Part shown: piece by piece, positions 1 through 7,810 of the stretch
Position numbering within the stretch: the stretch's first letter is position 1
Layout of the letters: the number at the start of each line of letters is the position of its first letter
IMG/VR virus record: IMGVR_UViG_3300029488_000242
Source of the DNA: a virus
Lineage: Duplodnaviria; Heunggongvirae; Uroviricota; Caudoviricetes
Direction: 5' to 3' (one strand)
Length of the DNA stretch: 28,193 bases
Program-made: the position numbers and the translations under genes
Notes under the pieces: generated by a model
The model's input: the letters and a program-made list of their open reading frames with translations, nothing else
Databases searched by the model: none
Told to the model about the DNA's origin: nothing

Positions 1-100
1 TAGATTTACTTCCATGTTCCGTCCTGAGTGGGCGTTTATATAGATTGTTTTATTAACAATATTTACATAAATTATTTAATTTTAAGGAGGACAAAATTTA

Positions 101-1054
101 ATGAAGGAACTCAAAAATTTAGTAACAGTAACAGGAAAGCTTGTAAAGAACAACATCGAGGAATTTACAACAAAGAAGGGTGAGGAAGCAATCGGAGGTA
201 GTCTTGTATTAAGAACTGCTGATGATAGTGAGCATGAGATCAATTTCTTTGCTTTCAAGTACAAGAAGGATGAGAATAAGAATTTCACTTCTGAGGAGAG
301 TTATTTCTACAAGCAGTACACAGATGCAATGAGTCTCAAGGATATTGAGCATTGTGCAGAGGGTGAGACACCAGATATTATCTCAATTACAGATGGTATG
401 TTCACAGCAAATGACTTCAAGGGCAATGATGGTAATGTTGTTTCTACAAACAAGATTTCAGCAAGATTTATTAATCGAGTAGAACCAAAGGATTATGAGA
501 GTACAGTTCTTGAAGCCAAGTTTGAGGTAGAAGGAATTATCGAATCTATCACAGATGAGGTTGTAAAGGAAGTTCCAACTGGAAATCTTACAATCAGAAT
601 GAACGCTATTGGACAGAGAGCAGATGGATTTGGAAAGGATGCTAAGTATGAAGCCGATTCTCTTATTCCAATCAAGATGACAGTTGACAAGTCAATGGCT
701 GATGCATTCAGAAGTGCTGGTTACTATGATGGATGCTTCACAAAACTTGCTGGTGTAGTAATCAATTCTGTTGATATTCAGGAAGTAGTTGAGAAGGCTG
801 CATTTGGTACTGATATTGTAAAGAAGGTAAAGACAACTATTAGAAAGAACGATGTTAAGTCTGGTGTAGCAGCTTCAACAGTATTTGAACACGAACTTAC
901 ACAGGATATCATTGACACATTAAAGTCTAAGAGAAAGGCTAAGTTAGCTGAAATTAAGGCAGGGGAGTCATCTTCTCAGACAGCAGAAGGATTCCAGAAG
1001 AACACTATCACACCAGCTCCACAGACTACATATAATCCATTTGCACAGCAGTAA
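101..1054 (+). CDS. Probable single-stranded DNA-binding / tandem OB-fold protein (SPbeta YorF-like position)
   Basis: 317 aa with strong SD AAGGAGG. Two beta-rich halves begin 'N-x-V-x-V-x-G-x-L' and 'AKFEVEGII', and the flexible tail ends in NPF. Lies directly upstream of the ATPase. Confidence 0.55.
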   Translation: MKELKNLVTVTGKLVKNNIEEFTTKKGEEAIGGSLVLRTADDSEHEINFFAFKYKKDENKNFTSEESYFYKQYTDAMSLKDIEHCAEGETPDIISITDGMFTANDFKGNDGNVVSTNKISARFINRVEPKDYESTVLEAKFEVEGIIESITDEVVKEVPTGNLTIRMNAIGQRADGFGKDAKYEADSLIPIKMTVDKSMADAFRSAGYYDGCFTKLAGVVINSVDIQEVVEKAAFGTDIVKKVKTTIRKNDVKSGVAASTVFEHELTQDIIDTLKSKRKAKLAEIKAGESSSQTAEGFQKNTITPAPQTTYNPFAQQ

Positions 1055-1062
1055 GATTAAAA

Positions 1063-1090
1063 GCCTACTCAAGAGTAATCTTGGGTAGGT
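1063..1090 (+). promoter_or_regulatory. 12-bp stem with GNRA (GUAA) tetraloop between the first two genes; probable mRNA stability or processing hairpin
   Basis: GCCTACTCAAGA-GTAA-TCTTGGGTAGGT pairs fully with two G-U pairs; no U-tract follows. Confidence 0.55.
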
Positions 1091-1131
1091 GAATCATAAG
1101 AAATACAAATAATAAAGGAGATAATTATAAC

Positions 1132-2115
1132 ATGGTTGGAAATTTATTAGATTTAACACCAAATAAGGTGTCAGTTGATTTAACTCAGTATTCTACAGTA
1201 TGGATGGGAGATACAGGTGTTGGTAAAACAACAACTCTCATGAAGTTTTTAAAGGAACTTGTACCAGATAAAGATCCATTCTTCTTAGAGTTTGAAGATA
1301 GATATCAGAACATTCCTGGTATTATGGCACAGAAAGTTGATACAATGTCTGATTTTAAGTCAATCATCGGTCAGTTAAAGAATCCAGCACTCAAGAAGAA
1401 GTTCTCTTGTATTGTAATTGATACACTTGATAAATATGAAGAATTTTGCGAGAGATATGTACTTGAGAATAGAGATGCAGAAATCTTAAAGGATGTTGGT
1501 GCATTTGGTGAAGGTTCTCTTCGTTTCAAGAGTGCATTAAGAAATATTGGTGTAATTCAGAGTCTTGGATATACTGTACATTTTATTGCTCAGTCAACAC
1601 ATAGTAAGGATTTTGATACAAAGAAGGAAAGTGATGCATTAAAGCTTAATAAGAATACATTTTCTTATTGTAGAGAAGCGGCATACCTTGTTGGTTATAT
1701 GTTCAGAGAGAAGGATGAGAGATACATCACATTTAAGAAGACAGACAAGTATCCAGATTTAAAGGATACATTTGAACTTCCAGATAAGATTAATGTTAAT
1801 GATCTCAAGAAGGCTTGGACTAAGGCAGTTGAAGATTTAGGTGGAGATTTCACAACTAAGGAAAAGACAATTGATAAGACAGCACCAGTTGAAGACTTTG
1901 AAGCAATCAAGGCAAAGGGTATTGAACTTGGTGGATTACTTGCATCCAATGGTCATCTTGCGGAAGCAACAGCAGTTCTTCAGAGAAATCTTGGTCTTGA
2001 TGATAATGGAAATGTTAAGATGTTTGATACTCTTAGAGATACACAGCTTGATCTTACAAAGGTTATTGTTATGGAACTTGAGGAGTTAATCGAAAAGTTT
2101 GGAATTAAGGCGTAA
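1132..2115 (+). CDS. AAA_24/Sak4-like P-loop ATPase (YorG-like)
   Basis: Walker A GDTGVGKT, Walker B CIVIDT, plus 'HFIAQS'; SD AAGGAG. Confidence 0.8.
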   Translation: MVGNLLDLTPNKVSVDLTQYSTVWMGDTGVGKTTTLMKFLKELVPDKDPFFLEFEDRYQNIPGIMAQKVDTMSDFKSIIGQLKNPALKKKFSCIVIDTLDKYEEFCERYVLENRDAEILKDVGAFGEGSLRFKSALRNIGVIQSLGYTVHFIAQSTHSKDFDTKKESDALKLNKNTFSYCREAAYLVGYMFREKDERYITFKKTDKYPDLKDTFELPDKINVNDLKKAWTKAVEDLGGDFTTKEKTIDKTAPVEDFEAIKAKGIELGGLLASNGHLAEATAVLQRNLGLDDNGNVKMFDTLRDTQLDLTKVIVMELEELIEKFGIKA

Positions 2116-2123
2116 CAGATATA

Positions 2124-2151
2124 AGGGAGGGATTCTTCCCTCTTGTTCTTT
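2124..2151 (+). terminator. Putative intrinsic terminator
   Basis: AGGGAGG-GATT-CTTCCCT stem followed by the U-rich CTTGTTCTTT, just after the ATPase stop codon. Confidence 0.45.
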
Positions 2152-2160
2152 GTAAAGTAG

Positions 2161-2664
2161 GTGTATATGGCTAGATTATCAACATGTAAAGGTTGTGGTA
2201 AAAAATTACAACCAGAAGAAAAACACATACACTCTTCAAAAACATACTGTGAAGAGTGTTTTAAGAAAATTGAGAGAGATTCTACTGAATATAAGCAGTT
2301 GATTGAATTTATCTGTAATAACTACGAGTTGGAAAAACCAACAGGATTTATGCTCAAACAGATTAAGGAACTTAGAACTGAATACGGATATTCATATGCA
2401 GCTATGACTTATACACTTTGGTACTGCAAAGAAATATTAAATAAGTCCTTGATTGAAAAGTATGGAGTTGCGTTAATAAAACATTATTATGATGAAGCAA
2501 AAGACTATTATTCACAACAAGAAAGACTAAAAGAACAAATCAACAAATTGTCAGATGTGGAAGTTAAGACTAAAGTTGTAAAGCTTACTTCTATGAATTC
2601 CAATAAAAAATCAGCATCTTTGATAGATTTGGGAAATTTGTTAGAAGGTGGTGATTCAAATTAA
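2161..2664 (+). CDS. Zn-finger protein, possible helicase loader or replication initiation factor (YorH-like position)
   Basis: N-terminal CKGC...YCEEC; overlaps the helicase start. The true start may be ATG 2167. Confidence 0.5.
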   Translation: MYMARLSTCKGCGKKLQPEEKHIHSSKTYCEECFKKIERDSTEYKQLIEFICNNYELEKPTGFMLKQIKELRTEYGYSYAAMTYTLWYCKEILNKSLIEKYGVALIKHYYDEAKDYYSQQERLKEQINKLSDVEVKTKVVKLTSMNSNKKSASLIDLGNLLEGGDSN

Positions 2665-4276
2665 TTTTAATCAACAGGTAGATAAAAAGGCTATTTTCTT
2701 ATTATTTGGGTGTTATTGTTTGAATCCAAGATATGTACTGGACGAAAAATATTCAACAAATACAAATGATTATCCTGAGAATTTTCATAAAATGATATGG
2801 GGAGCAATTGTAAACATTGCCAAAAAGGGTAATGTAGAAAAGATTACACCTATTGATATTGAAAATGAAATATCACAGTTTGATACAGCTATTTCACTTT
2901 GGAAGAATAATGATGGATGGGGATATATTGAATCAGCTATTGAAATGTCTTCTGATAAAATTATGAATGTCGGTAAATATTATGATGATGTTCGTAAGTA
3001 TTCAATTGTGAGAAATGCCGTAGAATCTTTGAAAATGGATATTAGTTTTCTATATGATGAAAACGATGATGAAAAACTCGAAGCATTTAATAAATTAACA
3101 AGTATTGATGTTCTTAATGAAATAAATAACAAATTTATTGATTTCAAATCTATGTGGAAGAATATGTTTGGTGATAACTATTCATTCAAAGCAGGAGATG
3201 GAATTACAGACAGATTAAGAGAACATAAGGAACAACAGAATGTATATGGTTATCCATTTCAATCTGGATATTTAACAACTGTATACAGAGGTATGCGTCC
3301 TAAGAAATACATATTAAGAAGTTCTGTATCAGGTGGTGTAAAGTCAAGAAGTTCATTAGCTGATGGATGTAATATGGTATCCGACAGAATATACGATTGG
3401 AGTAAAAAGGAATGGATATCAACAGGTGAGAGTCAACCAGTATTGTTTATTTCTACAGAGTTGGAAAAAGACGAAATTCAAGATATTATCTTAGCTCATG
3501 TAAGTGGTATTGAACAGGATAGAATTGAAACGTGGGATGACATTACACCAGAAGAAGAAAAAATTCTTGAAGAATCAGCAAAATATATTGAAACATATGA
3601 ATATTATGTTGAATATATGCCTGATTTTACAATAGACCTCATTTCTGAAACAATTGAAAAATACATCTTAAATCATGGAATAGTCGCTTGTTTCTTTGAC
3701 TATATCAACGATTCCCCTTCGTTATATGAGTATTATTACAACAAAACACATACAAAACTTAGAACAGATCAGATTCTTTTCTTGTTTAGTGCAGCATTGA
3801 AGTCAGTATGTAATAAGTTTGGTATTTATTTGGGTTCAGCAACACAGTTAAATGATAACTACAAAGAAGAGAATAATAAGGATGCAGGTGCATTAAAAGG
3901 TTCTAAAGCTATCATTGAGAAAGCTGATGGCGGTATTTTAGCATTACCAGTAACTCATAAGGATTTAAAAAAGCTTAAACCTATTCTTGAAAGTGACGGA
4001 AGTTTTGGAAAGCTTGTACCTAATATGTCTTATTATATTTTCAAAAATCGTGGTGGTAAATGGAAGACAATTATTATTTGGACAAAGCTTAATATGGGAA
4101 CTATGAGAGAAGTTGATTGTTTTGTAACAGATTATAACTATGAACTCATAACAGATATAGAGCAAACACTTATTGATTTCAAACTTGATGATGTAGGTGA
4201 TGTTGGAATTATTGAGACAGATGTTGATGTTTCAGGATCAGATTTAGCGACAGAATTATCAAAAGTATCTAAGTAG
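2648..4276 (+). CDS. dnaB: DnaB-family replicative helicase
   Basis: N-terminal 'FHKMIWGAI' DnaB-N-like segment, P-loop RSSVSGGVKS, 'LFISTEL', 'FFDYI', 'ATQLN', 'EKAD', 'KNRGG'. The start may be ATT 2660. Confidence 0.85.
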   Translation: MVIQINFNQQVDKKAIFLLFGCYCLNPRYVLDEKYSTNTNDYPENFHKMIWGAIVNIAKKGNVEKITPIDIENEISQFDTAISLWKNNDGWGYIESAIEMSSDKIMNVGKYYDDVRKYSIVRNAVESLKMDISFLYDENDDEKLEAFNKLTSIDVLNEINNKFIDFKSMWKNMFGDNYSFKAGDGITDRLREHKEQQNVYGYPFQSGYLTTVYRGMRPKKYILRSSVSGGVKSRSSLADGCNMVSDRIYDWSKKEWISTGESQPVLFISTELEKDEIQDIILAHVSGIEQDRIETWDDITPEEEKILEESAKYIETYEYYVEYMPDFTIDLISETIEKYILNHGIVACFFDYINDSPSLYEYYYNKTHTKLRTDQILFLFSAALKSVCNKFGIYLGSATQLNDNYKEENNKDAGALKGSKAIIEKADGGILALPVTHKDLKKLKPILESDGSFGKLVPNMSYYIFKNRGGKWKTIIIWTKLNMGTMREVDCFVTDYNYELITDIEQTLIDFKLDDVGDVGIIETDVDVSGSDLATELSKVSK

Positions 4277-4287
4277 GGAGGTATACA

Positions 4288-5367
4288 ATGACCGCCCAAG
4301 AATTAAAGGAAAAATTAAAAGAAGATGACATTAGAAAGTTGCTCATAGAAATGGGTGCAACTTTCTATTATGAAGATGATGATATGTGGATTACGGATAC
4401 TATATGTCATCATGGTACGAAACCAAAGTTATATTATTACAAAGATTCGATGTCTTTCCATTGTTATACCGAATGTGGTCAGTTGGATATCATTGGTGTA
4501 GTGATGGGATATAAGGATTATGAGCAGGAAGAATTTCAAAAAGCGATTAACTGGATATGCGTAAAACTCAATTTAGATAATTGTGAATATGGATTTGGAA
4601 AGCAAGAACAAATATCAGACTGGGAATTTATTAGGAAGTATAAAAAGAGTAGTAAAAAAGAAGTTAAGGAAAAACCATTAGTTCCATATGATAAAAGTAT
4701 TTTGAATATATTTCAAAAAATGTATACAGATGAATGGATTAAGGAGGGAATATCCATAGAGACTATGGAAAAATATAATATTCTTTATTCTACATGGCAA
4801 CAGAAAATTATCATTCCTCATTTTGATGTGAATAATCAATTGATAGGAGTTCGTGGAAGATCCTTAATAGATGAAGATATTGAATTATTTGGTAAATATA
4901 CTCCATTTAAGGTTGGAAGAAGATTTTATAATCATTCACTTGGAATGAATTTATTTGGATTGAATCATAACCTGAAAGCTATTCAGAGAAAAAGAAAAAT
5001 AATGCTTGTAGAAGCTGAAAAATCAGTATTCCAAACTGACACAATGTTTGGCGAAGATAATTTTACAGTTGCTCTATGTGGAAGTAATCTGACTGATTAT
5101 CAAAAAGGAATGATTTTAATGCTTGGTGTGAGAGAAGTAATTGTTGCATTAGATAAGCAATATGAAACTATTGATTCTGATGAATGTAAAAAATGGGCAA
5201 AACACATAAAGGATAAAATCATTGATAAATTGAGTCCATTTGTGGTTGTTTCAGTTTTATGGGATACAAACGATTTACTTGGGTATAAGGATAGTCCAAC
5301 AGATAGAGGTAAGGAAATTTTATTACAACTAATGGATAATAAGATATATGTAGGAACTAATCAATAA
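4288..5367 (+). CDS. Phage DNA primase (Zn-binding + TOPRIM)
   Basis: CHH...HCYTEC Zn motif, 'IIIPHFD...GVRGR', TOPRIM 'LVEAEKS', 'ALDK', 'KDSP'; lies directly after the helicase. Confidence 0.85.
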   Translation: MTAQELKEKLKEDDIRKLLIEMGATFYYEDDDMWITDTICHHGTKPKLYYYKDSMSFHCYTECGQLDIIGVVMGYKDYEQEEFQKAINWICVKLNLDNCEYGFGKQEQISDWEFIRKYKKSSKKEVKEKPLVPYDKSILNIFQKMYTDEWIKEGISIETMEKYNILYSTWQQKIIIPHFDVNNQLIGVRGRSLIDEDIELFGKYTPFKVGRRFYNHSLGMNLFGLNHNLKAIQRKRKIMLVEAEKSVFQTDTMFGEDNFTVALCGSNLTDYQKGMILMLGVREVIVALDKQYETIDSDECKKWAKHIKDKIIDKLSPFVVVSVLWDTNDLLGYKDSPTDRGKEILLQLMDNKIYVGTNQ

Positions 5368-5382
5368 GGAAGGAGTGTAAAT

Positions 5383-7122
5383 TTGAGTTTCAAATATGAC
5401 ATATTAGGTAAGGTTAGATTCGGAAATGAGTTGGAAGATATTTTGAAATTGAAAGGTATCAAAGATATAAACTCCTTTCTGAATCCTACTATTAAAAATA
5501 CAGAGAGTGAATTACTCTTTGATAATATAGAAAAAGCAAGAGATGTGTTTATAAAGCATATAAGAAATAAAGATGTTATAGATTTACTGGTAGATTGTGA
5601 TGTTGATGGATTTACATCAGCATCCAATATTTATCAGTATATAAAAAGATTAAATCCTGACATTGAAGTTAGATGTTTTATTCACAAAGGTAAAATTCAT
5701 GGATTATCTGAATTTGTGGATAGTATGTGTGAAGATGATTCAAAGCTTGTTATTGTTCCAGATGCAGGTTCAGGAGATTCTAAGGAGTGTGAAAAACTTA
5801 TAAAAAGTGGAAAAGATGTAATTATTTTGGATCATCATAGTATTGATGCAAGTGATAATCCTGCAATAGTTGTAAATAATCAACTTTCGTATAGAATAAC
5901 CGACAAAGCTATGACTGGTGTTGGCATTACATATAAGTTTACAAAATTATTGGATAAATATTATGGAGTCGATTATGCAGATGATTATTTGGATTTAGTT
6001 GCATTTGGAATGATTGGAGATAGAGCTGATACAGTTAATCTTCAAACAAGATACCTTATATTAAAAGGATTGGAACAGATACGAAATAAAGTTAATAAAA
6101 ATAAACTTATATCTGTTCTAGTAAATGCTCAAATGTATTCAATGAATAATAAAATCACAATAAACGGAATTGGATTTTATGTATGTCCTCTTATGAACTC
6201 AATGATTCGATTGGGAGAATATGAAGATAAGTGTTATATGTTTGAAGCATTATGTAATTCAGATGAGATGCTTGACAGAAAAGTACGAGGAAAAGGTGTA
6301 GTTAATATGACTATTCAAGAATACGTTCTAAAGGCTTGCCAATCATCAAATAGAAAACAGAAAAAAATAACAGAGGAAAGTGCCGCTGTTTTATCTGAGG
6401 AAATTAAAAAGTTTAATATGGACAAATTACCTATTCTTGTGTGTAATGCAAGAGATGATGTTGATAGTAATTCGACAGGTCTTATTGCTAATAGACTTGC
6501 TGATCAGTATCAAAGACCATGTTTGTTGATGAGACGAAAAGGTGATATTTGTAAAGGAAGTGGTCGTGGTAGTGATAAATGTGAAATATTAGACTTTAAT
6601 CAATGGTGTAAAGATACAGGATTATTCAATAAGGTAGAAGGTCATCCAGGGGCATTTGGATGTGAGATTAATTTTGAAAACACAAATAAACTGTTCTTAT
6701 TGCTCTCTACAATGCGAAAGATTGATGAGCCAACATATCATGTATATAACGTGTATGATGCAAATCAGATTCATGATCAAATCATTAAAAATGTTGCAAA
6801 ATGGGATGCGATTTGGGGTAACACAGTGAGTGAACCTATCTTTCTTATTAAGAATATTCCGTGTAATAAATATAATCTTTATCTATTGGGTTCAAAACAG
6901 AATAAGATTGAATTTACATATCACAATATTAAATTTGTCAAACAAACAAAAGGTAGTTCATTAGCTTCTTTATATAAGAAAATTATTTCTATTGGAGATA
7001 ATTTTGAGTTTGACATTGTAGGAAGATTTTCAATTGATTATAAGTCTGGTAAAGCAGCTCAAGTGTTAATTGAAGATTGGATGTTTTATAAAAGTGACAA
7101 AGTACAAGGATTTTTCGGATAA
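5383..7122 (+). CDS. recJ: RecJ-like ssDNA exonuclease (DHH/DHHA1)
   Basis: DCDVDG, HG, PDAG, ILDHH, GSGRG and GHPGAFG motifs; TTG start after SD AAGGAG. Confidence 0.9.
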   Translation: MSFKYDILGKVRFGNELEDILKLKGIKDINSFLNPTIKNTESELLFDNIEKARDVFIKHIRNKDVIDLLVDCDVDGFTSASNIYQYIKRLNPDIEVRCFIHKGKIHGLSEFVDSMCEDDSKLVIVPDAGSGDSKECEKLIKSGKDVIILDHHSIDASDNPAIVVNNQLSYRITDKAMTGVGITYKFTKLLDKYYGVDYADDYLDLVAFGMIGDRADTVNLQTRYLILKGLEQIRNKVNKNKLISVLVNAQMYSMNNKITINGIGFYVCPLMNSMIRLGEYEDKCYMFEALCNSDEMLDRKVRGKGVVNMTIQEYVLKACQSSNRKQKKITEESAAVLSEEIKKFNMDKLPILVCNARDDVDSNSTGLIANRLADQYQRPCLLMRRKGDICKGSGRGSDKCEILDFNQWCKDTGLFNKVEGHPGAFGCEINFENTNKLFLLLSTMRKIDEPTYHVYNVYDANQIHDQIIKNVAKWDAIWGNTVSEPIFLIKNIPCNKYNLYLLGSKQNKIEFTYHNIKFVKQTKGSSLASLYKKIISIGDNFEFDIVGRFSIDYKSGKAAQVLIEDWMFYKSDKVQGFFG

Positions 7123-7135
7123 GGCGGTGGTTTAA

Positions 7136-7810
7136 ATATACAAAATATATGTTCACATAAATAAGATGAATGGGAAATTATACATAGGACAAACTGGTGA
7201 AGATAATGTAGAGAAAAGATACAAAAATGGATTGAATTATCTTCGATGTCCATATTTTTATAATGCTATTCAGAAATATGGTTGGGATAACTTTGAACAT
7301 GTTGTTTTATTTAATGGTTTATCTAAAGATGTGGCTGATATCGTAGAGACTGCCTTAATAGATAAATATAATACGACTAATCGTGACTTTGGGTATAACC
7401 TACAATCTGGTGGAACTAATGGTAAACCAAATGATGTGGCTAGACTTAAAATGAGTGAAAATCATGCAGATGTAAGTGGTGTAAATAATCCAATGTATCA
7501 TAAAAATCATTCATTGGAAACAAGACTAAAAATGAGTAAAAATAGACCAAGTTATGTAGGTATAAATAATCCTAACTATGGTAAAAAATGTTCAGAATAT
7601 TCAAAAGAAATGACAAGAAAAAAGAATAGTAAACCAATTGTTCAATTGACGAAGGATGGAGACTATATAAGAAGATGGAATTCAGCATCCGAAGCTGGAA
7701 GAAATTTAGATATTCGTCAATCTACAATATCAAAAGTTTGCAATGGCGATAAATATTGTCATACAGCAGGTGGATATAAATGGGTATATGAAGGAGAATA
7801 TTTAACATGA
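7136..7810 (+). CDS. Free-standing GIY-YIG homing endonuclease with NUMOD3/NUMOD1-type DNA-binding modules
   Basis: Reading upstream of ATG 7166 gives YKIYVHINKMNGKLYIGQT (GIY-YIG), followed by 'AIQKYG', 'GYN..GG', repeated 'G.NNP.Y.K..S' and 'S.SEAGR.L.I...IS.VC.G...TAGGYKW'. An in-frame TAA at 7133 means the start would be ATA 7136. Confidence 0.85.
   Translation: MYKIYVHINKMNGKLYIGQTGEDNVEKRYKNGLNYLRCPYFYNAIQKYGWDNFEHVVLFNGLSKDVADIVETALIDKYNTTNRDFGYNLQSGGTNGKPNDVARLKMSENHADVSGVNNPMYHKNHSLETRLKMSKNRPSYVGINNPNYGKKCSEYSKEMTRKKNSKPIVQLTKDGDYIRRWNSASEAGRNLDIRQSTISKVCNGDKYCHTAGGYKWVYEGEYLT

Noticed and set aside
20..34. Small CGTCC/GGGCG hairpin upstream of the first gene
   Set aside because: Only 5 bp and at the window edge; not enough context to support a call.
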